From: Patescibacteria group bacterium
Lineage (GTDB): Bacteria; Patescibacteriota; Microgenomatia; UBA12405
Direction of reading: 5' to 3'
NCBI GenBank assembly: GCA_013387215.1
Contig: WARW01000002.1
Coordinates: 3,659 to 67,658 of the forward strand
Length of the DNA: 64,000 nt
The notes below the pieces were generated by a model that was not told the DNA's origin, did no database searches, and saw nothing but the letters and a program-made list of their open reading frames with translations. Position numbers and translations under genes: made by a program. Shown here piece by piece: positions 32,485 to 42,326 of the stretch (the first letter of the stretch is position 1; every line of letters begins with the position of its first letter).

Positions 32485-34032
32485 ATGGCAGTTTTTCACT
32501 TAAAATATAGACCACTAAAAATCGCCGACCTCGATTTACCTGACGTTTCAGAAATACTGACAAAAATTTTATCGAATGAAGATATTCCTCAATCATTTTT
32601 ATTTGCCGGGCCAAAAGGTGCCGGTAAAACATCTGCTGCCCGAATTTTAGCTAGAGCTGTAAATTGTGAAAATAAAAATGGAGTGGAACCTTGTGGAGAA
32701 TGTGCTAATTGTAATGAAATTTTAAGCGGCAGTTCGATGGATATTATTGAAATTGATGCTGCTTCAAATAGAGGTATAGACGATGTTCGAATTCTAAAAG
32801 ACAAAGCTTATTTGCTGCCAAGCAAATTAAAGAAAAAAGTTTTCATAATCGACGAAGTTCACATGTTAACTAAGGATGCATTTAATGCACTTTTGAAACT
32901 AATTGAAGAACCGCCAAAACATACAATTTTTATTTTATGTACCACTGATCCGGAAAAAATTCCTGACACTGTTTTATCGAGATTAATTAAAATAGAATTT
33001 AGAAAAGGTACTAAAAAAGACTTAAATAAATCATTAAAAAAGATAATTGAAGGTGAGGGGATTGAGATTGACAAAGCTACTGTCGATTTAATCGTAGAAA
33101 GAAGCGATGGCAGTTTTAGAAATTTGCAAAGAACTTTCAATGAATTGTATTTGCAATTAGGAAAGAATATTAGTTTGGAAGATACCAATAAATTTTTTTC
33201 GTCTAAAAGCGGCAACTATAATGAAGAGGATTTTGAAACCGATTTGGCAGCCAAGAAAACAAAAATGATTTTAGAAAGACTTGAAGCAATGGCCGATAAA
33301 GGAGTTGATTTTCAAAATTTCAGACAAAAGCTTTTAGCCTATTTTCAGAAAAAATTATTGGGTAGTTTTGGAGTTGGCGAAGAAATAAAAAATTGTAAAT
33401 TGTCGGTTTCGGAAATCGAAAATTTAATTAATCTGCTTATTAAAGCGGCTAAACAAGAAAAAGATGTGGAAATTGATCAATTGCCATTGGAATTGGTAGT
33501 GGTGGAATTTATTGGTGAAAAAGGGAATGGTGGAGGAAATAAAGAAAAAGAGGAACCAGAAAATAAAGACGACAAAGCTTCAAGTGATGCAAAAGAGACA
33601 GAAAAAAAGGCTGAAGAGAAAAATGAAGTTCAAGAAGAAATGATTGTGGTTGAATCAGCCGGGGCGATTTGTGTTCAAGAAATCGAGGAAAAATGGGGGA
33701 ATGTGTTGATGGCGGTTAAGCCTTACAATCATTCAGTCGAAGCTTTTTTAAGAGCAGCTAGACCGAAATCAGTAAACGGAAACACTTTGATAATGGAAGT
33801 TTTTTATCCTTTCCATAAAGATAGATTGGAAGAAGCTAAAAATAGAAAGATTGTGGAAAATGGTTTAACTTCTGTCTTTGGCACTAACCTAGCTTTTGAA
33901 TGTATATTGGGAAAAACAAAAAAAGAACCTTTGGTGATACAAAACGATACCCCGGTGGAAAATATCAGCCAAAATTTAGTTGATGAAAGTAAAAAAGATT
34001 TGTACGATGTTGCTAAAGAGATTTTTGGATAA
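32485..34032 (+). CDS. dnaX: DNA polymerase III subunit gamma/tau
   Basis: Walker A GPKGAGKTS, a zinc module CENKNGVEPCGECANC, and IIDEVHMLT. Clamp-loader AAA+ with SRC-like regions. Confidence 0.85.
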   Translation: MAVFHLKYRPLKIADLDLPDVSEILTKILSNEDIPQSFLFAGPKGAGKTSAARILARAVNCENKNGVEPCGECANCNEILSGSSMDIIEIDAASNRGIDDVRILKDKAYLLPSKLKKKVFIIDEVHMLTKDAFNALLKLIEEPPKHTIFILCTTDPEKIPDTVLSRLIKIEFRKGTKKDLNKSLKKIIEGEGIEIDKATVDLIVERSDGSFRNLQRTFNELYLQLGKNISLEDTNKFFSSKSGNYNEEDFETDLAAKKTKMILERLEAMADKGVDFQNFRQKLLAYFQKKLLGSFGVGEEIKNCKLSVSEIENLINLLIKAAKQEKDVEIDQLPLELVVVEFIGEKGNGGGNKEKEEPENKDDKASSDAKETEKKAEEKNEVQEEMIVVESAGAICVQEIEEKWGNVLMAVKPYNHSVEAFLRAARPKSVNGNTLIMEVFYPFHKDRLEEAKNRKIVENGLTSVFGTNLAFECILGKTKKEPLVIQNDTPVENISQNLVDESKKDLYDVAKEIFG

Positions 34033-34161
34033 CACTCAATATTAATGCTGCATGAAATTTTTGGTACTCACGCCCTCGCTTTGCTCGGATGATTGCGTGC
34101 CAAAAATTTATGCATCGCATTAACTGCTTCGGTATAAATGTATTTTATATTACAATAAGTA

Positions 34162-36996
34162 ATGGATAGAATAATGCCAGATGCTGATATTGAAAAATAT
34201 GACGGAATAGATGGCGTGGTCAAAAGCTTGGTAAAAGTTCAATCAGAAAATATTGACCTAGAATCACAGCCAACTTTGTGTGACGTTTTAAGAAGAATTT
34301 TTATTAGAGAGGGAATAAAAGATGTAGAGATAAATAATAAAAATATTGATCTTATTATTGATAAATTATCGAATTTTGATGAGTCAGTTTCTAAAAAGGA
34401 AAATGAATTGTTGAAAAAAGCAGCTAATAAAAAAGAAGAATTGGAAACAAAAACAGAGGGTTCGGTGGTTCCAGTAGCTGTAATCAGAAAATTGGTGGGG
34501 GAATATCAATTATATTTAGATAATGAAGTATCAGAAGAAGAAGCATTGAAACTAGTGGAAAAAAGGAATAAAAATGTTGTCTCTAAAAAAAATGTTGAAA
34601 CCTTAATTAAACGGCAAAGAGAGATGTATTGGGAGAATTTAAAAGCGATTCAGAATTTTAAAGCAGAAAGTGAAGGTCGACCTAAATCGGAAGATGTGAT
34701 TTTAATGAAGGCTGACGAAAAGAAAGATGAAAATGCCAGTAATCTTGAGAAAAAGATGGCGATGACTTTGGCAGAAGAGCAATTGGTGTTAGAAGAAACG
34801 ATTGAGGGTCAGATTAGTGGTGTAGAAGCAGAAGAATTGAGTCGTAAGATTTTTGAAAAAGTGGTGATTCCTGGAATCTTTAATGATAATGGAACTTTAG
34901 ACGTTAAAAAAATATTAGAGTTTGCCAAACAAACTGATGGGTTAGATATTAATTCTGAAAGACAAGAATTATTAGTGGAAACTGTAAGTAAAGTAAATAA
35001 TTCTTTAGATATAAATATTAAAATCGATCAGGAAGCTGATAGGGTGATGGAAATAGTAATGGGTACTTTTAAAAGTGATGAAACACTTGAGGAAGTTTTT
35101 GAAAAACAAGAAGAAGCAATTCGAGTTTCTGTGGTAAGAATGGTGGAAAGAACTATAGATGATAGAACCTTAAATACTAATACTGAGGTTGAAAGAACAA
35201 TAAGCGAAATAAAAAGTTTATACAAAGAAAGTACTGGTTTGGATTTAGATCCAAGTTTAGATCTTAAAATGGAAACAGCGATCAAAGGGGCAGCAGTTGA
35301 GGTGGAAAATTGGATTGGCTCTAGAGCAGAGGAAATAAATCGTTATCGAACTGAAAAATTAAGCAACACTATTTATACAAAAATTATTTATCAGAATCCG
35401 GATATCAGCCAGGCAAAAAAAACGGCAGTCAAAGAATATGGAGATTTGGTATCAAATATTTATTATTACAAATCGGAAATAGAAAGGCATAAAAATGAGG
35501 CAGTTGATAATGTATTATCAAAAGGATTTTCGCCAGAAAAAACTGCTAATGCTTACAGTGATTTGAGAGGTTTATATTCTATTTTAAAAATGAATCCCGG
35601 TGATTTTAATGGCCTTATTTATAAATATCGGCAATTAAAATTTGAGTTGAAAGGAATTGAACTGCCGTATGAAATTAAGGAATTAAAATCTTTTGAAGGT
35701 TTAATGTCTTTAGCTTCAGAAGTCCCTGAAGTAAAAAACTTAATTAATTTCACCCAAAAATATATTAAAGTTTACGATACAGTTAATGCAATATCGGGCG
35801 GGTTTTTGGAAAAATTGGGTCTTAAACAATTGGGGATGTCGGCATTAGATTCGGTTGGTGGTCAAGCGATGAGTAAATTTGTGACCAGTTCTTTGGAAGT
35901 ATTTGCTGAGCAGGGTGTAAAGAAAGGAGCATGGGCGATTTTGAAAGGAATTATAAGCGGGGGAGTTGAGGTTGGAGCTGGGGCAGCAGAAGGAGCCGCT
36001 GGGGCAGCCGCGACTGGAGGTGTGGCAGGGGCAGTGGCAGCATTTCAAGCGATTCCAGTGGTCGGACAGGTAATTTTAATTGTGGTTGTGGTTGTGGTGG
36101 CACTTATAAAAATAATTAAACCAGTAATTAAAATTGCTACTTCAGTTTTAAAAGCAATGGGAGTTGATTTTGATAAAATGAAGGCGTTTTTTCAGGAATA
36201 CTTAGGGGGATTTTTTGGGGGAATACTTAGTTGGGGGGTAAAAACAGGAATATTAATAATTAGTATTCCAGCGGCTTTGTCTATGGTTTCAATATCAGCA
36301 GTTGTCGGGCCAGTGGTGATATTTTTAATGATTGGACTTTTTGCTTATACAACTTTAAACGGAAACTTAGTGTCTTCTTTAGTGCCACCAGTAAGAATGG
36401 GCGGTGGACAAAATCAATCAACTGCACCAGGTGGTGTACTGGTTCCAGGAGAAAATAATGATTTTACAGGGGAGTGTAGCGTGGGACAATATGTTCAATT
36501 AACACGACAATGCGATCCAGCTTGGGCTAATATGAGTTTGCCCGGGGGTTGCACAATTTGTTATGCAGGGTGCGGACCAACAAGTGTATCGATGATTTTG
36601 CAACGTCAAAGTCCCGATAATACGGTCGTTAATTTATTAAAAGATCCGATATACAGCAGTGTTGATTGTAATGGGTCAGGCATGGATCAACATGAAAAAA
36701 TATTAAGAAAGTATTTGGGCGATGATGCTATAAGTTATGGTTCATCATCACTTTGTACTCCTAAAGATATTGCCAGTTGGATATGTGATGGAAAAATAGT
36801 TTTGGTAGCGGCTCAGTTTTTTAATTCTAAAGGCACTGGCGGTCATTTTGTTTTAGGGGTGGCGGTTGATGGGGGACAGATAGTAACGGCTGATCCATAT
36901 TATGGAACTAGAAGTCCTTTTGATGGAGATACTAGCTATGGACATGTTGATTTAAGTCAAGATATTTGGTGTTTATTAGTTGATCCAAAAAAATAA
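34162..36996 (+). CDS. large membrane protein: ~620-aa acidic/coiled-coil cytoplasmic N-terminal region, Gly/Ala-rich segment, ~4 TM helices, and a C-terminal extracytoplasmic peptidase-C39-like (papain-fold) domain
   Basis: 944 aa. TM segments (VILIVVVVVVALIKIIKPVI, ILIISIPAALSMVSISAVVGPVVIFLMIGLFAY). The C-terminal domain has CYAGCGPTSVSMIL (catalytic Cys context as in Peptidase_C39_2 N.CGPTS) plus a downstream GGHFVLG..D (His/Asp). Confidence 0.5.
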   Translation: MDRIMPDADIEKYDGIDGVVKSLVKVQSENIDLESQPTLCDVLRRIFIREGIKDVEINNKNIDLIIDKLSNFDESVSKKENELLKKAANKKEELETKTEGSVVPVAVIRKLVGEYQLYLDNEVSEEEALKLVEKRNKNVVSKKNVETLIKRQREMYWENLKAIQNFKAESEGRPKSEDVILMKADEKKDENASNLEKKMAMTLAEEQLVLEETIEGQISGVEAEELSRKIFEKVVIPGIFNDNGTLDVKKILEFAKQTDGLDINSERQELLVETVSKVNNSLDINIKIDQEADRVMEIVMGTFKSDETLEEVFEKQEEAIRVSVVRMVERTIDDRTLNTNTEVERTISEIKSLYKESTGLDLDPSLDLKMETAIKGAAVEVENWIGSRAEEINRYRTEKLSNTIYTKIIYQNPDISQAKKTAVKEYGDLVSNIYYYKSEIERHKNEAVDNVLSKGFSPEKTANAYSDLRGLYSILKMNPGDFNGLIYKYRQLKFELKGIELPYEIKELKSFEGLMSLASEVPEVKNLINFTQKYIKVYDTVNAISGGFLEKLGLKQLGMSALDSVGGQAMSKFVTSSLEVFAEQGVKKGAWAILKGIISGGVEVGAGAAEGAAGAAATGGVAGAVAAFQAIPVVGQVILIVVVVVVALIKIIKPVIKIATSVLKAMGVDFDKMKAFFQEYLGGFFGGILSWGVKTGILIISIPAALSMVSISAVVGPVVIFLMIGLFAYTTLNGNLVSSLVPPVRMGGGQNQSTAPGGVLVPGENNDFTGECSVGQYVQLTRQCDPAWANMSLPGGCTICYAGCGPTSVSMILQRQSPDNTVVNLLKDPIYSSVDCNGSGMDQHEKILRKYLGDDAISYGSSSLCTPKDIASWICDGKIVLVAAQFFNSKGTGGHFVLGVAVDGGQIVTADPYYGTRSPFDGDTSYGHVDLSQDIWCLLVDPKK

Positions 36997-36997
36997 A

Positions 36998-37408
36998 ATG
37001 ATTAATAAAAAATACCTGATTATAGGGTTAATAGCAGTGGGTTTAATATTATTAATATATTCTATATTTAATAGGTCAAGTAAAAATATTAAATCTCCAG
37101 ATTCAGGTCCTGTTCCAACTGTGAAAGTTAATTTAGATCCAACAAAAAACAGGGGAAGTTTGGACCCTGATAATATTTTTCCGACTGTGCCACCTAAGAT
37201 TCAAGCAGAAGCAGAAGCAATAAGAAGTTTGAGAAATAGATCGCCTTTTAGCCAAAATAATTTTACGGTGAAATATGACTACCATATTAATAAATTTGTA
37301 ATTACTTTTTCTGACGGTAAAAATGCTAATAATATTGCAAAATTTAATAAATGGTTAAAAGACAATAATTACGGAGCAATTTCTTCAATCTATTTCAACT
37401 TTCCATAA
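36998..37408 (+). CDS. small single-TM protein (136 aa)
   Basis: ATG at 36998, directly after the upstream TAA. N-terminal TM (YLIIGLIAVGLILLIYSIF). Possibly functionally linked to the upstream protein. Confidence 0.35.
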   Translation: MINKKYLIIGLIAVGLILLIYSIFNRSSKNIKSPDSGPVPTVKVNLDPTKNRGSLDPDNIFPTVPPKIQAEAEAIRSLRNRSPFSQNNFTVKYDYHINKFVITFSDGKNANNIAKFNKWLKDNNYGAISSIYFNFP

Positions 37409-37451
37409 TGTTAAAATAGATAGTTAATTAAAATTTATAATTTTTTAAATT

Positions 37452-37700
37452 ATGTTTGATAAAGCAAAAATGATGGCTCAAGCTTTGAAATTAAAAAAAG
37501 CTGTTGAAGCCGAAATAGTAGAAATTGAAGAAAACGGAATTAAAGTTACCGTTAGCGGTGATCAAAAAGTAAGATTCTTGTCGGTAAACGGTGTAGAAAA
37601 TAAAATTTTAGTTGAAACAATTAATAAAGCCATGAAAAAGTCTCAAGAAGCTGCTGCCAGAAAAATGAAAGATATGGGTGGTCTTGAGGGTTTGTTTTAA
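37452..37700 (+). CDS. ybaB: YbaB/EbfC-family nucleoid-associated protein (short form)
   Basis: 82 aa. Conserved position between dnaX and recR. MMAQALKLKKAVEAE...EGLF. Confidence 0.7.
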   Translation: MFDKAKMMAQALKLKKAVEAEIVEIEENGIKVTVSGDQKVRFLSVNGVENKILVETINKAMKKSQEAAARKMKDMGGLEGLF

Positions 37701-37701
37701 T

Positions 37702-38325
37702 ATGGCAGAATTCCCAATAGGCATCAAAAACTTAATCGCTACTTTTGAAAGATTGCCGGGTATTGGGCCAAAAAGTGCTACCAGATTGGTGTTTTATCTT
37801 TTAAATACTCCGGAAAACTATGTGGCGGAAATGGCTAGACTTTTGGTGGCATTAAAAAAAGATATAAAAATTTGTAAAAATTGTTTTTCGGTAAGCGAGA
37901 AAGATTTGTGTCCGATTTGTGAGGATGAAAAAAGAGATAAAATGACGATTTGTGTGGTGGAAAGGGCGATTGATGTGATGGCAATTGAAAATGTTGGCGG
38001 ATATAAGGGTATTTATCATGTTTTGGGAGGAGTCATAAATCCTTTGGATCATGTTAGCCCGGATGATTTGAAAATTTACCAACTAATTGAAAGAATCAAG
38101 AAAATAAAACAAGAGAACAAGGAAAAAAATCTGGAAATAATTTTAGCTACTAATCCAACCATGGAAGGCGAGGCTACGGCGTTGTATATAAAAAAGAGAA
38201 TTGTGGAAATTGATGATCAAATTAAAATCAGTCGTATCGGCAGCGGTTTGCCAATGGGGGCCGATTTGGAATATGCTGATCAAGCAACTTTAAGCAGGGC
38301 TTTGGACGGAAGAAGAAACCTCTAA
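37702..38325 (+). CDS. recR: recombination protein RecR
   Basis: HhH (LIATFERLPGIGPKSATRLVFYLL), C4 zinc finger (CKNCFSVSEKDLCPIC), Toprim and C-terminal domains. ATG at 37702. Confidence 0.9.
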   Translation: MAEFPIGIKNLIATFERLPGIGPKSATRLVFYLLNTPENYVAEMARLLVALKKDIKICKNCFSVSEKDLCPICEDEKRDKMTICVVERAIDVMAIENVGGYKGIYHVLGGVINPLDHVSPDDLKIYQLIERIKKIKQENKEKNLEIILATNPTMEGEATALYIKKRIVEIDDQIKISRIGSGLPMGADLEYADQATLSRALDGRRNL

Positions 38326-38341
38326 ATGCTACAATGAATTT

Positions 38342-38815
38342 ATGAATCAATCGATTGCATCAGGTGTATTGAAAGGATTAGGAGAGCTGGGACAAGAAAC
38401 AGTGAAAAAAACAGTTGAGGAAGCGGGAAAAATAATCGAACCAATAATTTCTGCCCAAGATCTTTTAGGAAATATTTCAACGATGAGTGATGAGGAAATG
38501 AAAAGAGAACAAGCTGAAGATGAAAGAAAAAAACAAGAGGAAATTGCCAAATTAAAGGCAGAAATGGGACAAGGGCGGGATTTGGAGTCAGAAATTGAAA
38601 AGATTAGGCAAGAGCGAGAAGAAAAAGAAAGACAAGAAGAAAGGGTGGAAGAGGAAAAGGAAAGACAGGAAGAAATGGCGGAAGAGGGTGAAATTATTTT
38701 TGAACCAGAGACCAAAAAGAAAGGACCGGGAAGCGGAATGGCCAAAGGTCATCAGGGAAAAGCCAGTAATTCTGATATGTCGGCAACGGCGGAATATTAT
38801 AAAAAACCAGATTAA
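38342..38815 (+). CDS. highly charged (E/K/R-rich) predicted coiled-coil protein
   Basis: 157 aa. KERQEE-type repeats. No motif. Confidence 0.35.
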   Translation: MNQSIASGVLKGLGELGQETVKKTVEEAGKIIEPIISAQDLLGNISTMSDEEMKREQAEDERKKQEEIAKLKAEMGQGRDLESEIEKIRQEREEKERQEERVEEEKERQEEMAEEGEIIFEPETKKKGPGSGMAKGHQGKASNSDMSATAEYYKKPD

Positions 38816-38832
38816 GGTTTTTCTTGATTACA

Positions 38833-38879
38833 TTTTTTTCTCACGTCAATGCGTCACCGCGTTGAAAGTTCGAAAAAAA
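38833..38879 (+). promoter_or_regulatory. conserved leader element, copy B (hairpin caatgcg-tcac-cgcgttg followed by aaagttcgaaaaaaa), with further partial copies and a terminator-like hairpin before cysS
   Basis: About 80% identical to 32352..32397. Stem changes are compensatory. A related GTTCAAAGCTCGAAAAAA motif lies at 38911-38930, and a hairpin plus T7 at ~38918-38953. Confidence 0.35.
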
Positions 38880-38992
38880 TGCAATCTGCGAAAATATTTA
38901 AAAAATCAGCAGGTTCAAAGCTCGAAAAAATCACAACTTCGAACTCTTTTTTTCAAGAAAACTTTGGATCTTAAGTTATAATAGAGTCAGAA

Positions 38993-40351
38993 ATGAAAGT
39001 TTATAACACCGCAACCAGACAAAAAGAGGAATTCAAGCCAATAAAAGATAATAAAGTGGGGATATATTCATGCGGACCAACAGTGTATTGGAATCAGCAT
39101 ATTGGAAACATGTATGCTTTTGTGAATTGGGATATTTTAGTTCGGGTTTTAAGATATTTGGGGTATGACGTGACTTGGGTTATGAATATTACGGATGTTG
39201 GCCACAACACTTCTGATGGTGACGAGGGTGAAGATAAAATGGAAAAAGGCGCTAAAAGAGAGGGAATTAGTCCTTGGGAAATTGCCAAAAAATACGAAGA
39301 ACAATTCATTGATAGTCTTAAAAAACTTAATGTGGTGATTCCAAATTATTTGCCAAAAGCAACTGAACATATTAATGAACAAATTGAACTCGCTTCAAAA
39401 ATGGAGAAAAGGGGATTTACTTATAAAACTAAAACCGGGTTGGTTTACGATACTTCAAAGTTCCCTGATTATGCTAAGTTTGCTAATTTGAAATTGGAAG
39501 AAATGGATGTGGGCAACAGGGTCGAAGTGGATGAGGAAAAGAAAAATCCTTGGGATTTTTTGCTGTGGATAACAAATCAGCCAAATCATATTATGAAATG
39601 GAACTCGCCTTGGGGTGAGGGTTTCCCTGGATGGCATTTAGAATGTACTGCCATGTCGACAAAATATTTAGGCGAACAATTTGATATTCATACCGGCGGA
39701 ATCGAACATATTGGCGTTCACCATACAAATGAAATTGCCCAAGCTTTTGGTGCTTTTGGCCACAATACGGCAAATTACTGGATGCATAATGCCTGGCTGA
39801 CTTTGAAAGAAGGCAAGATGAGTAAATCTTTAGGAAATGTTTACACGGTTCAACAACTCGAAGAAATGGGTTATGATCCATTAGCTTTAAGATATTTAAT
39901 AGTATCGACTCATTATAGAAGCGGACTGGTGTTTTCATTGGATTCTTTGAAGGCGGCCGAAGTTTCTTTAAATAAATTAAGAAGTTTTCGAGTGGAAAAT
40001 GCAGGTTCAAAAGTTAATGAAGAATTAAGAAATGAATTTGTGGCCGCTATTTCTAATGATATTGCTATGCCAGAGGCGATGGCGGTGGTTTGGAAAACAG
40101 TGAAATCAAACCTAAATCCTGAAGAAAAATGGGCAACTTTATTAGATTTTGATAAGGTTTTAGGATTGGAATTGGATAAAGAAATAAAAGAAGAAGAAAT
40201 ACCGGAAGAAATCACTAAATTGGCGGAAGAGAGAATTAAAGCCAAACAGGAGAAAAATTGGGAAGAATCTGATAGACTAAGGGGTATTATAAAAAATAAG
40301 GGATATCTTGTTGAAGATTTAAAAGATAGTTATAAAATAAAAAAGATCTAA
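38993..40351 (+). CDS. cysS: cysteinyl-tRNA synthetase
   Basis: CGPTVY...HIGN (HIGH motif) and KMSKSLGN (KMSKS). Class I fold. Confidence 0.9.
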   Translation: MKVYNTATRQKEEFKPIKDNKVGIYSCGPTVYWNQHIGNMYAFVNWDILVRVLRYLGYDVTWVMNITDVGHNTSDGDEGEDKMEKGAKREGISPWEIAKKYEEQFIDSLKKLNVVIPNYLPKATEHINEQIELASKMEKRGFTYKTKTGLVYDTSKFPDYAKFANLKLEEMDVGNRVEVDEEKKNPWDFLLWITNQPNHIMKWNSPWGEGFPGWHLECTAMSTKYLGEQFDIHTGGIEHIGVHHTNEIAQAFGAFGHNTANYWMHNAWLTLKEGKMSKSLGNVYTVQQLEEMGYDPLALRYLIVSTHYRSGLVFSLDSLKAAEVSLNKLRSFRVENAGSKVNEELRNEFVAAISNDIAMPEAMAVVWKTVKSNLNPEEKWATLLDFDKVLGLELDKEIKEEEIPEEITKLAEERIKAKQEKNWEESDRLRGIIKNKGYLVEDLKDSYKIKKI

Positions 40352-40420
40352 AATATATACTATTTTAAGGAAAATAAGGTAATTGCCAAAAAAAAGTTAT
40401 TATGTTAATCTAGTGAGTTC

Positions 40421-40714
40421 ATGAAAGGAAGTAATAAATATCAATACCAAATGGTTACGGTTTTAAATCCAAAAACCGAAGATAAAGACAAAACATTAAA
40501 TAAAATGTTTTCTTGGATAGAAAACAATAAAGCTGAAATTACCAATAAAGATCATATGGGTTCCAAGGATCTCGTATACAAAATTGGCGATCAAAGCAAA
40601 GGTGATTTTTGGGTTTTTGACGTTGAAGCGTCTGAACCTTTAAAATTAAAAGAACTTAATTTGTTGTTGAATCGAGAAACAAATGTTATTCGTTATTTAA
40701 TTTTGAAAAAGTAA
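40421..40714 (+). CDS. rpsF: 30S ribosomal protein S6
   Basis: YQYQMVTVLNP matches YEIVFMVHPD. rpsF-ssb-rpsR synteny. Confidence 0.75.
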   Translation: MKGSNKYQYQMVTVLNPKTEDKDKTLNKMFSWIENNKAEITNKDHMGSKDLVYKIGDQSKGDFWVFDVEASEPLKLKELNLLLNRETNVIRYLILKK

Positions 40715-40723
40715 GGAGAATAT

Positions 40724-41233
40724 ATGCCTAGTCGTTGTCTTAATAGAGTAATGTTAATCGGTAACTTAACTCGTGATCCTGAGTTAAGATACACCCCAGC
40801 CGGAATGGCAGTCGCATCTTTCGGTTTAGCTACTAATCGTGTTTGGGTGACCAAACAAGGTGAGCGAAAAGAAGATGCTCAATTCCACAGAATTGTTGCC
40901 TGGAATAAATTAGCTGAATTGTGTGCCCAATTATTATCAAAAGGCCGAAGAATTTATGTTGATGGTAGAATTCAATACCGAGAATTCAACGATCAAGATA
41001 ACAACAAAAAACAAATTGCTGAAATAGTTATCGACGATATGATTATTTTAGATAACAAAGGTGCTGGTTCTGACCACCCAATGGCAAATGATTTTGCTGA
41101 ATCTGATATTGCACCTCAAGGCGGAGCCGATATGGGTCAAGGAATGATCGATGATATCGTTATCCCAGATGATGTTGTTGATGCTGAACCACAAGTTAAA
41201 GATAAAAAGGAAGACGAAGAAATTCCATTTTAG
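40724..41233 (+). CDS. ssb: single-stranded DNA-binding protein
   Basis: OB fold (LNRVMLIGNLTRDPELRYTPAGMAVASFGLATNR) and an acidic C-terminal tail ending EEIPF. Confidence 0.85.
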   Translation: MPSRCLNRVMLIGNLTRDPELRYTPAGMAVASFGLATNRVWVTKQGERKEDAQFHRIVAWNKLAELCAQLLSKGRRIYVDGRIQYREFNDQDNNKKQIAEIVIDDMIILDNKGAGSDHPMANDFAESDIAPQGGADMGQGMIDDIVIPDDVVDAEPQVKDKKEDEEIPF

Positions 41234-41247
41234 TTTAGGAGATAAAT

Positions 41248-41499
41248 ATGATTAAAAAGAAAAAAGACGCCATAATGGCTGCAAAGAAAAAAGGACGAGA
41301 TACTGCTTGTGCTTTTTGTAAATCAAAAACCGTTCCTACATGGCAAGATTACGAAAAGTTACGAGAATTTCTTTCTCCAAGAGCAAGAATAATGGGATCA
41401 CAATTCACTGGTATTTGTTCTAAACACCAAAGAAGATTGTCCCAGGCAATTAAACATGCCAGACATTTAGCTTTGTTGCCTTTTACAACTCAGCAATAA
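41248..41499 (+). CDS. rpsR: 30S ribosomal protein S18
   Basis: CAFCKSK...DYEKLREFLSPRARIMG...TGICSKHQRRLSQAIKHARHLALLPF matches the S18 signature. Confidence 0.85.
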   Translation: MIKKKKDAIMAAKKKGRDTACAFCKSKTVPTWQDYEKLREFLSPRARIMGSQFTGICSKHQRRLSQAIKHARHLALLPFTTQQ

Positions 41500-41522
41500 A
41501 TAAAATCTAGTTTTGAATTTTA

Positions 41523-41550
41523 ATCCCTCCTTAAAAAGGAGGGATTTTTT
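41523..41550 (+). terminator. rho-independent terminator after rpsR
   Basis: Perfect 10-bp stem atccctcctt/aaggagggat, loop aaa(a), then T6. Confidence 0.7.
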
Positions 41551-41571
41551 GTGGTATACATATTAAGTACG

Positions 41572-42318
41572 ATGAAACAAAAATTAAAAGCCCATTTTGG
41601 GATTCCATTAAATAGTGATACTAAATTACATGTAAGTGAAGGGAATTTAGTGAATAAAGGCGAAAAACTAATTTCTTTTCCAACAGTAGAAGTTAAAGTT
41701 TACAGTGATCCCAAATTAAAGAAACTTTCCAGCCAGGTTTTAGATCAGATAAATCAGGAATTAAAAGGAAAAACAGTTAAAAAAAATGACACTTTGTACA
41801 AAAGCAAAGGGTTATTTTCAACAATTATTTTAGTGCCTCAAGATGGAATTTTTTTGGGAATTGATGAATTTGGAAATATTCAAATTGAATTATCCAACAA
41901 TGAAGAAAAAGAAGTGAAGTCGCCAGTAAAAGCAATAGTTTCTAAAATTGATGATGAAAAAATAACTTTGGAATTTGATGCAGTTGAGTTTAAAGGAGAG
42001 GGTTTAATTGAAGGAAAAGCTTGGGGAGATACTGATTTGAAAATTATAGACAAACTGGTTGATTTAAATTACGAATATGACGGAAATGTAATTTTAAGCA
42101 GAGAGATTTCTCAGACCTTTTTAACTAAAGCAGAAGTATTAGGGGTGACTGCTGTGATAACTGATAATAAAGAAATTGCCCAAAATAATCTTGATACAAA
42201 TCTGCCAATTTTATTTTTAGAAAACAATGAATGGAATGAATTGTTTGAGTATGGCGGAGAAAAAAGGCAAGTACTTCTGAACTCTAAGTCTGGAAGACTT
42301 TTAATAGTGATAGAATAG
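41572..42318 (+). CDS. hypothetical protein (~248 aa)
   Basis: ORF downstream of the terminator (start taken as ATG MKQKLKA). No recognised motifs. Not L9. Confidence 0.4.
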   Translation: MKQKLKAHFGIPLNSDTKLHVSEGNLVNKGEKLISFPTVEVKVYSDPKLKKLSSQVLDQINQELKGKTVKKNDTLYKSKGLFSTIILVPQDGIFLGIDEFGNIQIELSNNEEKEVKSPVKAIVSKIDDEKITLEFDAVEFKGEGLIEGKAWGDTDLKIIDKLVDLNYEYDGNVILSREISQTFLTKAEVLGVTAVITDNKEIAQNNLDTNLPILFLENNEWNELFEYGGEKRQVLLNSKSGRLLIVIE

Positions 42319-42326
42319 ATAATACC

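Noticed and set aside
35990-36060. GC-rich low-complexity DNA (gcagcc/ggggca repeats)
   Set aside because: It encodes the Gly/Ala-rich linker of the 944-aa membrane protein. It is a coding low-complexity segment, not a mobile or CRISPR repeat.
38347-38745. 132-aa antisense ORF inside the charged-protein gene. Similar antisense ORFs lie at 21016-21324 and 21439-21897 (inside rpsB), 25515-26225 (inside the Cys-rich gene), and 62825-63031 and 63125-63346 (inside gyrA)
   Set aside because: These are shadow ORFs on the opposite strand of confidently assigned genes. Their low-complexity translations are typical of antisense frames.
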